From: a virus
DNA: 64,000 bases
Reading direction: 5' to 3' (one strand)
IMG/VR virus record: IMGVR_UViG_3300014613_000001
Location: 96,001 to 160,000 of that record
Part shown: positions 19,044 through 27,429 of the stretch, piece by piece
Position numbering within the stretch: position 1 is the stretch's first letter
Layout: each line of letters begins with the position of its first letter
Program-made: the position numbers and the translations under genes
The notes under the pieces: model-generated
What the model saw: the letters and a program-made list of their open reading frames with translations, nothing else
Databases searched by the model: none
What the model was told of the DNA's origin: nothing

Positions 19044-20174
19044 ATGAACAACCTACCTGCAGAGGTGTGGAACGGCATGTTCCTCGACAAACTCAACACC
19101 GCGGAGGGCAAGGAGAAAGTCGCCGAGTTCGGTGGCGAATACATCCGTGACCACCTGCGTGAGGTTGCGTTCTGTCGGAACATCATTCCGCCGGTCAACG
19201 TGACAAAGAGCGACGCCCGCGCGTCGATCCACCACGATACCCTCGTGATGGTCGAGGAGATCGAGCCTCAAAGCCGCGCGATGACGCTCAACTTCCGCGG
19301 CCAACCCGATGTCCGCATCATCCGTGCCGACAGATGCGAAGTTCCCTTCTTCATGATCAGCTCCGAGCGGTTCGAGAAGTGGGAAGAAGAGCTTCTCGTC
19401 TACCGGATGAAGATCACCAAGGTGATCGAAGACAACAGCATCAAGGACATCCAGGAGATCGAGGACCGCGAGTTCTTGATCCACTGCGAGGCGGCATGCC
19501 AGGCGCTCCAACAGGAAGCCAACGGCGGCGCCGTTACGTCTTTGCATCAGACCACCATCCTCGCCGGCACCGTCGTGGAGAGCTCCATCCGCAAGGGTGC
19601 GCTCGCCCGCGTCGATGCCAACAACGACAGCTTCGTCTGGCCGCTGCAACGCCAAGACATCATCAACGGCCACAAGCTCCTGGATGGCAACCGTCTCCGC
19701 TGCGAGAAGGCTCTGCTCACCGAGTCGGACTTCGACGACGTGAACCAGTGGACAGTCGAGGACTTCGGCGACAAGCTCCAGTCCGAGACCGCCGTGGAGG
19801 GCTACAAGTACTCCACCCTGATCGGACGTGGGTTCGTCCGGACCATAAAGACGGACATCCTTCGCCCCGGGAACGTGTACTTCTTCACGTCCCCGGACTT
19901 CCTGGGCCGGTTCTACATCTTGAACCAGGTCAAGTTCTACATCGACAAGGTGGTGAACTTGATCACGTGGCAGGCGTGGGAGACCATCGCAATGGCGATC
20001 CTCAACGTCGCCGCGGTTCGAAAGATCGAGCTGTACAGCGGTGATGCCACTGCCAACGACACCGACGGTATCGTGGCGGCGGGGACTGTCACACCGGTGG
20101 CCGAGGAGGATCTCGGGGCCATGAACAACCGAGTCGCGGACGAGGTGTTCTTCCCCGCGATACACTTCTTCTAG
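19044..20174 (+). CDS. Major capsid protein (HK97-type)
   Basis: 376 aa, strongest codon bias in the window, follows scaffold/decoration genes, followed by a strong terminator; EKVAE near N-terminus. Confidence 0.75.
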   Translation: MNNLPAEVWNGMFLDKLNTAEGKEKVAEFGGEYIRDHLREVAFCRNIIPPVNVTKSDARASIHHDTLVMVEEIEPQSRAMTLNFRGQPDVRIIRADRCEVPFFMISSERFEKWEEELLVYRMKITKVIEDNSIKDIQEIEDREFLIHCEAACQALQQEANGGAVTSLHQTTILAGTVVESSIRKGALARVDANNDSFVWPLQRQDIINGHKLLDGNRLRCEKALLTESDFDDVNQWTVEDFGDKLQSETAVEGYKYSTLIGRGFVRTIKTDILRPGNVYFFTSPDFLGRFYILNQVKFYIDKVVNLITWQAWETIAMAILNVAAVRKIELYSGDATANDTDGIVAAGTVTPVAEEDLGAMNNRVADEVFFPAIHFF

Positions 20175-20203
20175 GCCGAACTGGTCGACTGCACGCGCAC
20201 AAC

Positions 20204-20239
20204 GGGCGCGGCGTCAACGCGGCGTCGCGCCCTTTTTTT
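20204..20239 (+). terminator. Rho-independent terminator after MCP
   Basis: GGGCGCGGCGTC-AACGC-GGCGTCGCGCCC stem followed by T7. Confidence 0.85.
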
Positions 20240-20250
20240 CGGAGGTAGCG

Positions 20251-20727
20251 ATGCCCAGAATCAGCAATCCAATCATCATTCTCAGCACTGTTCGTCGTGT
20301 GCAGACACGTACGACCAGGATTCAGCAACCGACCAGGACGCCCTTCAAGCAGTATGTGTGCGGTGGTCGACACCGTCTCGTGCGGAATCAGCATGTCGTG
20401 GTCACCGAAGAAGAGATTCTTGCACACCGTCCGGAGCTCGAGAACTTGATCTCGACCGGCGTTATCGAGATCCGAGTGGGTTCTCCTGTCGGTCCCCTCT
20501 ACGAGTTTGCTACACTCGTGGAGGACCCAGAGGAGGATGAAACGAATCCGGAGCCTGCTATCGCTGAACTCGAGGAGTCGGACTCCGCGGTTGAGCGGCA
20601 GGACACACCGAATTTCCGCGCCATGGCGAAGGCCAAGCTGGTGGAGTACTTGGTCGAGCACACGGGAGAAGATCCCGAGGTGCTGGCAGCTATGAAGAAA
20701 TCCCAGCTGCTGGAGATCGTTGAATGA
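20251..20727 (+). CDS. Hypothetical head-associated protein
   Basis: RBS GGAGGT; short C-terminal helical repeat-like motif (KAKLVEYL...MKKSQLLEIV). Confidence 0.55.
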   Translation: MPRISNPIIILSTVRRVQTRTTRIQQPTRTPFKQYVCGGRHRLVRNQHVVVTEEEILAHRPELENLISTGVIEIRVGSPVGPLYEFATLVEDPEEDETNPEPAIAELEESDSAVERQDTPNFRAMAKAKLVEYLVEHTGEDPEVLAAMKKSQLLEIVE

Positions 20728-21020
20728 GGGTGTACAACCTTACGGATCAGAGACTCGGGCCTGGGAAACCTTTTCCGCAGGTTCTGAGGATCAGTGGATT
20801 CGAAATTCAACCCGGTGGCCACACGGATTTCCCGGACAGCTTCCCGCTCCACCGCATCTCAGGATGGATGCGCGCGATTTGGGTCAGTGTGGATCACCTT
20901 CCGACCTGGTACCAGCAAGCCAGACGGACTCCTCGGCCATCTTCGACTGTGGTTACTGACGCGCCGCTCGAAGAGGACGAGAAGCTGAAAAAGCAAAGGA
21001 AGCGGAAGAAGGATGACTAG
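20724..21020 (+). CDS. Hypothetical protein
   Basis: ATGA overlap with upstream stop. Confidence 0.5.
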   Translation: MRVYNLTDQRLGPGKPFPQVLRISGFEIQPGGHTDFPDSFPLHRISGWMRAIWVSVDHLPTWYQQARRTPRPSSTVVTDAPLEEDEKLKKQRKRKKDD

Positions 21021-21537
21021 GCTTCAGGGTCTGGATCAGCCGAATATCCCCGGCGCGACTGCCGTGTTCAACCACTTCGTGGCGCGTGTTCGGCTCTTCA
21101 TGAGGGACTACGCTGAGCTCAATCGGCTTGTCGAAGGGGAGGAGAGCAACGATCGTATGATCGCTTTCGCCGTCTACGACGCCCTGAGCGATTTCAATTC
21201 GACGCCTCCGTTCATTGGGACCTATGGCTTCACCGAGTTCATGACGAACAACTGGCACCACCCTCTCATGCTCAAGACCTGCGTCTGTTTGATGGAGTCC
21301 GTGGGGATATTGCAGACGAGAAATCATCTTCCGTTTTCAGATGGCGGCCTGAACGTGTCCGTATCCGACAAGACACCGCTCCTCCAGTCCTGGATCCAGC
21401 TCTTCAACATGCGGTGGGAGCGGTTCAAATCACAGACAAAAATGGCGAAGAACATCGCGCTGCTCTTCTCTGAGCCCGGAGGGGTCTCCAGCGAGCTCTT
21501 CATCGTGAATGGGTATTGGAGCTCAGAGTACAGCTAG
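21013..21537 (+). CDS. Putative head-tail adaptor (neck 1)
   Basis: 174 aa, helical, downstream of MCP; VRLFMRDY..LNRL..GEE...D pattern resembling adaptors; position-based call. Confidence 0.5.
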   Translation: MTRLQGLDQPNIPGATAVFNHFVARVRLFMRDYAELNRLVEGEESNDRMIAFAVYDALSDFNSTPPFIGTYGFTEFMTNNWHHPLMLKTCVCLMESVGILQTRNHLPFSDGGLNVSVSDKTPLLQSWIQLFNMRWERFKSQTKMAKNIALLFSEPGGVSSELFIVNGYWSSEYS

Positions 21538-21545
21538 GAGACGAG

Positions 21546-22025
21546 ATGGCACATTGGACTGTGAGTCAGTTTTCCCGGGAGGAGGATCTTCAAGACTTCC
21601 TCAATGGGGCTATGATCGGTAACGTGAATCTCAACACTGCAGGGGCTGACGTCGACGGCAAGACGTTTATCGTCCACAACGGTACCGGCGACAAGACGAC
21701 GACCTTCGCGCCGGCCAAGGGGCGGAACTGGACCCTCAACGAGATCTTGGACGCGATCAATGCCACTATCGGTCTCGAAGGGGTGGCGACTGCCAAAGTA
21801 TTCCCATCTCAGGGTGCCGGGATTGTGGCCAAGCGGAAGCTCCGCATCATGGGTGATCCGTTTCACACCATCCGGGGCAACGGTACGGCGAACGCCGAGC
21901 TCGGTTTCACTGAAGGGGCCACGCCGGCAGATGACACGATTCAGACGATCTTCGCGATGACGACGATCAACATATATGCTCTGAGCGATCCGAATACGCA
22001 GTGGATCGTTGTTCGCTACGCATAA
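21546..22025 (+). CDS. Hypothetical structural protein
   Basis: RBS GGAG; Gly/Thr-rich beta character. Confidence 0.5.
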   Translation: MAHWTVSQFSREEDLQDFLNGAMIGNVNLNTAGADVDGKTFIVHNGTGDKTTTFAPAKGRNWTLNEILDAINATIGLEGVATAKVFPSQGAGIVAKRKLRIMGDPFHTIRGNGTANAELGFTEGATPADDTIQTIFAMTTINIYALSDPNTQWIVVRYA

Positions 22026-22037
22026 GAGGAGGCGCAG

Positions 22038-23303
22038 ATGTCCCTTGATGATTTTGTGACTGAGGGTACGGGCCTTCCGTGGGTAGAGGCGGCGGCCTTC
22101 TGGGTTGATCTTCATCGACCGTATAGACAACCAGTTTTGACAAAGAGCGCGGCTCTGGGGATGCTCAAGCTCGGGTACATCCGCAAGCGGGCCATAAGCG
22201 AAGAGGAAGCGATCAAGGAGCAGCAACGCGCTGCCATGACCGATCCGAACGTCGTCTCCGCTCTGGACTACCAGGAGCAGCAGGCGGAACGAGAAGAGCT
22301 GCAGATGGCCGTGCAGCAGCTTCAGCAGCAGCTCGAGCAGACTCAGCAATCCGCGGCTCAAGCCGATCAGATGGCGCAAGAGCAATCTGCTGCAAACCAG
22401 GAGCTGCAAGCACAGGTGCAGCAGGCAGCGGTCGCACAGCAGGCCGCAACAGAGCAGATGATCGCGGCCAAAGATACGGCGATGCAGGAGCAGGTGACCA
22501 GCCAGCAGAACAGAGAGCAGCTCATGCAGGCGGCTGATCAGCTGGCGCTGCAGCTCAAGCAGGTCGCCGCCCAACCTACGCAGTCCGAGCAGACTGCGAC
22601 GGCTGAACAGCAGCAGATGCAGCAGCAGGCACAGGCCGCTGGTGCACCAGCAGAGGGTGAGCAGCCTCCGCCCTCCTCGCGTACTGAGAAAGAGGTCACA
22701 GAGGCTCAGAAGGCCCAGGAGCAGGCAGCACGGCAGACAGAGCAGGCCCAGCAGTCCGCAGCCCAGGACCAGGCCAAGGTCCAGGTCAACGTCGGCGGGG
22801 CACCTCAGCCTCCAACCACCGCCGCCAGTCCGGTGAAGACCGGATCGGATCGTTCTGTCGAGCTCATGGCCTTGCTCGATGGTCACGTGAAACAAGGTTT
22901 CGACAAGGTCCGAGCGGCCTATGCAGGAGGGGGCGCAGTTCTTGGTGCCGGTCAAGCGGGCCTCGAACAGATGCTCAATCGGCGGAAGCACGGGAAGGAC
23001 GCGCCGTCTGACAAGGAGATTGATCTGTCGGCCAAGCTCCAGGCGGCGCAGACCAAAGTGAAAAGGGATCCGACCTATGCGAACAAGGGGGTCGTCAGCG
23101 CACTCCGGTTCCGTCACGACCTTGCGCAATCTGGAAGAGAGCACCCTCTCGGTGCCATGGGTAGGGGTGCAGTGCAGGGAGCTGTCCTGGGTTCTATCGC
23201 CGGTCCAAGCGCCCATAGACTGGGAGGCTGGGTCAAGAAGCTCGTCCAGGCCCGGGGTGCAGCAGCCGCCGCCGCGAAGGCTGCCAAAGGAGCCGTGTCA
23301 TGA
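22038..23303 (+). CDS. Gln/Ala-rich coiled-coil protein with KxA motifs and C-terminal glycine zippers (candidate ejection protein)
   Basis: TKSAA, RKRAI; long Q/A heptads; GAMGRGAVQGAVLGSIAG. Confidence 0.6.
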   Translation: MSLDDFVTEGTGLPWVEAAAFWVDLHRPYRQPVLTKSAALGMLKLGYIRKRAISEEEAIKEQQRAAMTDPNVVSALDYQEQQAEREELQMAVQQLQQQLEQTQQSAAQADQMAQEQSAANQELQAQVQQAAVAQQAATEQMIAAKDTAMQEQVTSQQNREQLMQAADQLALQLKQVAAQPTQSEQTATAEQQQMQQQAQAAGAPAEGEQPPPSSRTEKEVTEAQKAQEQAARQTEQAQQSAAQDQAKVQVNVGGAPQPPTTAASPVKTGSDRSVELMALLDGHVKQGFDKVRAAYAGGGAVLGAGQAGLEQMLNRRKHGKDAPSDKEIDLSAKLQAAQTKVKRDPTYANKGVVSALRFRHDLAQSGREHPLGAMGRGAVQGAVLGSIAGPSAHRLGGWVKKLVQARGAAAAAAKAAKGAVS

Positions 23304-24715
23304 ATGCGTTTGACCAAGAAATCGAGCTTTTGAGCTCACGAGAAACTGCCGGTGATCAGTTCCGTAAGCTGGCCGCGGAGATCGACACGGCGAACTTCAT
23401 GAACAAGAAGAACCCTGTCACCGGTCATTCCGGTGTCGACGCCGCCTCTGTCGAGGAAGGTCTGGCTGCGGTCTTAGCCCGGAAGGGTAAGCGGAGCTTC
23501 GACGACACCATTCCGAAGGAGCGCAAAGAGTTCACCCCCCGATACGATGAGATGCCCATCATCACCCCGGCACTGGGGGCACCCCTCGCTGGCAATCCCA
23601 AGGGCTCGGCTGTGGTCAAGACGGCCTTGGAGATGGAAAAGAAGGCGTGGTTTCACCTCAAGCGCGAGGGGGATGTACAACGCCAACGGCTCACTATGGT
23701 CAGAGACCGCATCAGCGCCCCTGACTGGGATCGTGAAGTGGGCCGGAAGAAGATGGATCACTTCAACAACTTCCTGGCCATGGCCGAGCAGAGAAAGGGG
23801 AAGGCGCTCACCAAAGAAGAAGTAGACATCTTGATCACGTCCTATAACAAGGCGACGGGCACCAGCGTGCCACTGACCGAGGATTGGCACGGTGGCAGCG
23901 TCCCCTATGAAGCCTTCGAGGGTTCGAAGACGAAGACCGCCGGAGGTATCCTGCGCCCTTTTGATCCTTCTTTTCTAAAAAAGTTGGGTGAAGAAGCGGA
24001 AAGGGCGACTGAGTTTCACATCCCCACCAAGTTCACCCCAAAGCAGAAGGCCGGTTTGATCGCGGGTGGAGCTCTTACGGCCGGAACCGGCCTCGGTCTC
24101 GGTGCACTCGGGGTTCATCGGGCCGCAAGAGCTGAGAAGGATGTTCGAGATCTTTCAAAGAAAACGATCGCCGCACTTGGCACCGCGGGGTCGGATGTCA
24201 GTAAAGAGGTGATGCGGGTAGGCGGAGCGATGGCGGGAGGTGCTGATAGTTTACGAGAGGCCAGTGAAAACGTGAACAAGGTCGTGAAACCGATCGCAGA
24301 CACCGTAGAAAAGGTGCAAGGGGGGAAGAAGGCTATCGTCGATGCTGTCGAAAAGACACTGGCCAAGGCGCCGCAAGCTCAGAAAGTTGTGGCTGATACG
24401 GCTAGGAGTGGTGGAAGAGTCATTGCTAATGCCGCGCACGGCGGAAAACAGGCTATCGTCGATGCCGTTCACAGCGGGGGCAAAGCTGTGATCAGCAAAG
24501 CTCACAGTGGGAGAAAGGTTGTTTCGAACGTCGCCCGGGGTGGGAAACAGGCGGTCGTCAATACGGCTCAAGCTGCGAAAGCCGGGACGGGTAAAGCGCT
24601 GTTCCGTGTGCTCAGTCGCATAGCGAAGTACAGCCACGACACGAACTCCCGTGACATGTACATCAAGCTCGCCTCAGCGGGGCAGCTTAGGACTTTGGAG
24701 GGGTGGAACCAATGA
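23300..24715 (+). CDS. KxA-motif protein with TM helix and 11-residue amphipathic repeats
   Basis: RKLAA, VKTAL, EKKAW, TKTAG, IKLAS; AGLIAGGALTAGTGLGLGALG; GGKxAI/VVxx repeats. Confidence 0.6.
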   Translation: MNAFDQEIELLSSRETAGDQFRKLAAEIDTANFMNKKNPVTGHSGVDAASVEEGLAAVLARKGKRSFDDTIPKERKEFTPRYDEMPIITPALGAPLAGNPKGSAVVKTALEMEKKAWFHLKREGDVQRQRLTMVRDRISAPDWDREVGRKKMDHFNNFLAMAEQRKGKALTKEEVDILITSYNKATGTSVPLTEDWHGGSVPYEAFEGSKTKTAGGILRPFDPSFLKKLGEEAERATEFHIPTKFTPKQKAGLIAGGALTAGTGLGLGALGVHRAARAEKDVRDLSKKTIAALGTAGSDVSKEVMRVGGAMAGGADSLREASENVNKVVKPIADTVEKVQGGKKAIVDAVEKTLAKAPQAQKVVADTARSGGRVIANAAHGGKQAIVDAVHSGGKAVISKAHSGRKVVSNVARGGKQAVVNTAQAAKAGTGKALFRVLSRIAKYSHDTNSRDMYIKLASAGQLRTLEGWNQ

Positions 24716-25089
24716 TCAGTTTTATCTCGTTCAGTGATGAGCTACAGAAGATCGCCGCGGAGGGTGCTGGGTATCGAGCTCCCACCACTTGGGATCGTCT
24801 TGGCCCAGAAGGGTATCTTGGAGAGGCGATCCCTAACGATCCTGAAGAGCGTAAGCAGAGGTATCTTAGCCGAACTAAATTTCTTCCCGTGACTTCGGGA
24901 CTTCTTGGAGGAGCTGGTATGGCGCTTGCCGGGGGGTCGCATGCTGGGGGAAAGGGCGCGCTTATCGGCGGTGCTCTCGGAGCTGCAGCCGGTGCAGGAG
25001 GATCGCTTCTTGGTAGATATCTGGCAGGGAGACATATAAAGACCAAGGCAATGGAAGAAGCTCTGGTTCGAAATACGAAGGCAAAGTAG
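24712..25089 (+). CDS. FSDELQKIA-family glycine-zipper protein
   Basis: MISFISFSDELQKIAAE; GLLGGAGMALAGG...GALIGGALGAAAGAGG. Confidence 0.7.
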   Translation: MISFISFSDELQKIAAEGAGYRAPTTWDRLGPEGYLGEAIPNDPEERKQRYLSRTKFLPVTSGLLGGAGMALAGGSHAGGKGALIGGALGAAAGAGGSLLGRYLAGRHIKTKAMEEALVRNTKAK

Positions 25090-25970
25090 TGCTCCGTGTC
25101 AAAAACCTCGTTGTGAAGTCCCTCGATGTTGATCACCTGGACTTGTTCTGGGAGATTGGGGACACCTATGCGGACCCATACGACTACACGTTCGTCGTGG
25201 AACGGAGTGAGTCACCCGAGGGCCCGTGGGATCAACTGAGCGAGGCCTTCTCGGACAAGTATTTCTTCCGAGATGTGATGACCCGGCAGTTTCACCGCCA
25301 TCGGCAGCTCTGGTATCGGATCAAGATTACACGGCTGTCGGACAGCAACGTGGTCTACTCTGGTCCTTCGGCCCGACAGCCCCAGCCCGACCTCATCGCA
25401 CAAGAAGTTCGTAGGCTGGAGTTCCTTTTGTTGAAGGAGCATGTCGGTCGGACCGTATGGCTCTTCCCAGTTCGAACATTTGGCCAGCGCTGCCGCGCAT
25501 GCTACGATCCGGTCTCCAAGACGCGGACACGATCCAACTGTCTCACGTGCTACGACACAACCTACGTTCGCGGGTATCTTGATCCCATTGCACTTCCGAT
25601 CCAGATCGACCCCTCGCCAAAGGTCACACAGCAGACGGCGATGATGGAGTCTCAAGAGCAGAATGTGACGGCGCGGACGTCGTATTACCCGCCCATCAAG
25701 CCACGTGATCTGATCGTCGAGGCCGAGAACATTCGGTGGCAGGTCTACTCGGTGTCAACGACACAGCGTCTCCGAGCTGTGTTGCACCAAGAGCTCACCA
25801 TGCACCGGGTACCGGAGACGGACATCGAGTTCCGGCTTCCGATCAACATCGACAGTCTCCGGGATCTCCAGCCGAGCCCGGGGCGCACTTTTACGAATCC
25901 GCATCACCTCGAGTGCGAACGCGGGGCTGATCTACGCACGAGCATGTTGAAAGGACACGGTCATGATTAG
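25089..25970 (+). CDS. Putative neck/head-closure protein
   Basis: N-terminal FnIII-like segment, CRAC...CLTC Zn ribbon, located between adaptor and tail terminator. Confidence 0.5.
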   Translation: MLRVKNLVVKSLDVDHLDLFWEIGDTYADPYDYTFVVERSESPEGPWDQLSEAFSDKYFFRDVMTRQFHRHRQLWYRIKITRLSDSNVVYSGPSARQPQPDLIAQEVRRLEFLLLKEHVGRTVWLFPVRTFGQRCRACYDPVSKTRTRSNCLTCYDTTYVRGYLDPIALPIQIDPSPKVTQQTAMMESQEQNVTARTSYYPPIKPRDLIVEAENIRWQVYSVSTTQRLRAVLHQELTMHRVPETDIEFRLPINIDSLRDLQPSPGRTFTNPHHLECERGADLRTSMLKGHGHD

Positions 25971-26256
25971 TTTCACAGCATTCAGTGACGAGCTACAGAA
26001 GATCGCGCAGTACGACCAACAGTACGATCCCGACAAAGGGGCCAAGATAGTCGGTGCGCTGACAGGTATGGGTTTGGGGGCAGCCGGCGGAGCGAAGCTG
26101 GTAGGGAAGTCGTTGGGGGGCAAGGCACGCATCCCTGCTGCTGTTCTCGGAGCTCTTGTCGGTGGTCTCGGAGGACGAGAGGTCGGTGAGGGGGCGGCCA
26201 CGGCAGGACGCGGTCTCCGCATGACGGCCGCGGGAACAAGGCAGGCGTTGAGGTGA
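25963..26256 (+). CDS. FSDELQKIA-family glycine-zipper protein
   Basis: MISFTAFSDELQKIAQY; two GxxxG helices. Confidence 0.7.
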   Translation: MISFTAFSDELQKIAQYDQQYDPDKGAKIVGALTGMGLGAAGGAKLVGKSLGGKARIPAAVLGALVGGLGGREVGEGAATAGRGLRMTAAGTRQALR

Positions 26257-26594
26257 TCGACTTCTCCTCATTCTCAGACGAGCTGCAGAAGATCGCGGCG
26301 GATACGGGGCCGACAAAGCCGATCAACAAAGAGCTCTTCATCCAGTTCTTGAAGAACACCGGGGCCATTGCTGCTGGTACGGGCCTCGGGTATGGGGCTG
26401 GGTCGCTTGCTCGAAATGCACTCAGTAGATATGCCGGACCCCGCTCGAGCTCGTGGAGAAAGCCGCTGGCTATCGGTCTTCCGATCGCGGGTGGCATGGC
26501 TGCTATGCTGTACAAGAGTGTGCTCGATAAGAAGAAGAACGAGCTCTTGGACGAGGCGTACCAGCGGGGGCTGAAAGAACGAAGTGCCAAGTAA
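26253..26594 (+). CDS. FSDELQKIA-family glycine-zipper protein
   Basis: MIDFSSFSDELQKIAAD (GTG start); two hydrophobic Gly-rich helices. Confidence 0.7.
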   Translation: MIDFSSFSDELQKIAADTGPTKPINKELFIQFLKNTGAIAAGTGLGYGAGSLARNALSRYAGPRSSSWRKPLAIGLPIAGGMAAMLYKSVLDKKKNELLDEAYQRGLKERSAK

Positions 26595-27426
26595 GGTTCA
26601 AGTTTCGGACCCGACTCCGGGGACGCTGAGCAGCTGGGCGGACAGCCCTCTGCGCCACCTTATGCGCATTTGCATCCTTTTTTTGCAGGCACTATACACG
26701 TCGGCCCCCAAGGGTCACTTCCATTGGTCGGACGACGATGAGCTCTCGGAGATCCTGATCACGAAAGAAGTGCCCATCGAATCAGATGTGGTTCACAAAC
26801 GACCGGTCATCGTCTTGGTCCGTTCTCCAGTAGCGTGGCAGGGCCTTGGCCTTGATCAGTTAGATTCCGAAAGCATCAAGACCGGAGCACGTGATCACGT
26901 TGACATGCTCTCGGGTAATCTGACGTTCAACTGCCTGTCCGCAGTACCTGACGAGGCAGAGGTCATCGCATGGCTGACGGCGTCCCATACCTGGCTTCTG
27001 CGGCGTGTTCTGATGAAGCTGGGCTTTCACGACATCGGGCAGCGAATGCAGATCGGTTCACCTACACCTCCAGGGCAACTCGTTCGCGGGTCATCCAAGA
27101 GCGAGATCGTCAACGTCCCCGCGTTCACGACCTTCCAGTTTGGGTGGGGTGCCCGTGTGCTCGAAGAGGATGTCCCGGTTCTGCGGCAGATCGAGACAAC
27201 TCTGGTCGCCTCCATGCTGCCAGCATTTCGGCCTACCAACACAATAATGGAGGGTGGGTGGGGCACAGGTCTGGTGCAGGTAGACGGCTCTCCTATAGAA
27301 TTTGAGAACATGAAACGGCCGATTCGCTCTCCTACTGTCCGAGGGCGGCCGGCGACGGTTACGCAGGTGCTTGGGAATGATCCCAGCCCGTTGACACAGC
27401 GAATCATCATTGATGACAAGGGGTAA
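26584..27426 (+). CDS. Putative tail terminator/completion protein
   Basis: Directly upstream of sheath; position-based call. Confidence 0.5.
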   Translation: MPSKVQVSDPTPGTLSSWADSPLRHLMRICILFLQALYTSAPKGHFHWSDDDELSEILITKEVPIESDVVHKRPVIVLVRSPVAWQGLGLDQLDSESIKTGARDHVDMLSGNLTFNCLSAVPDEAEVIAWLTASHTWLLRRVLMKLGFHDIGQRMQIGSPTPPGQLVRGSSKSEIVNVPAFTTFQFGWGARVLEEDVPVLRQIETTLVASMLPAFRPTNTIMEGGWGTGLVQVDGSPIEFENMKRPIRSPTVRGRPATVTQVLGNDPSPLTQRIIIDDKG

Positions 27427-27429
27427 CCC

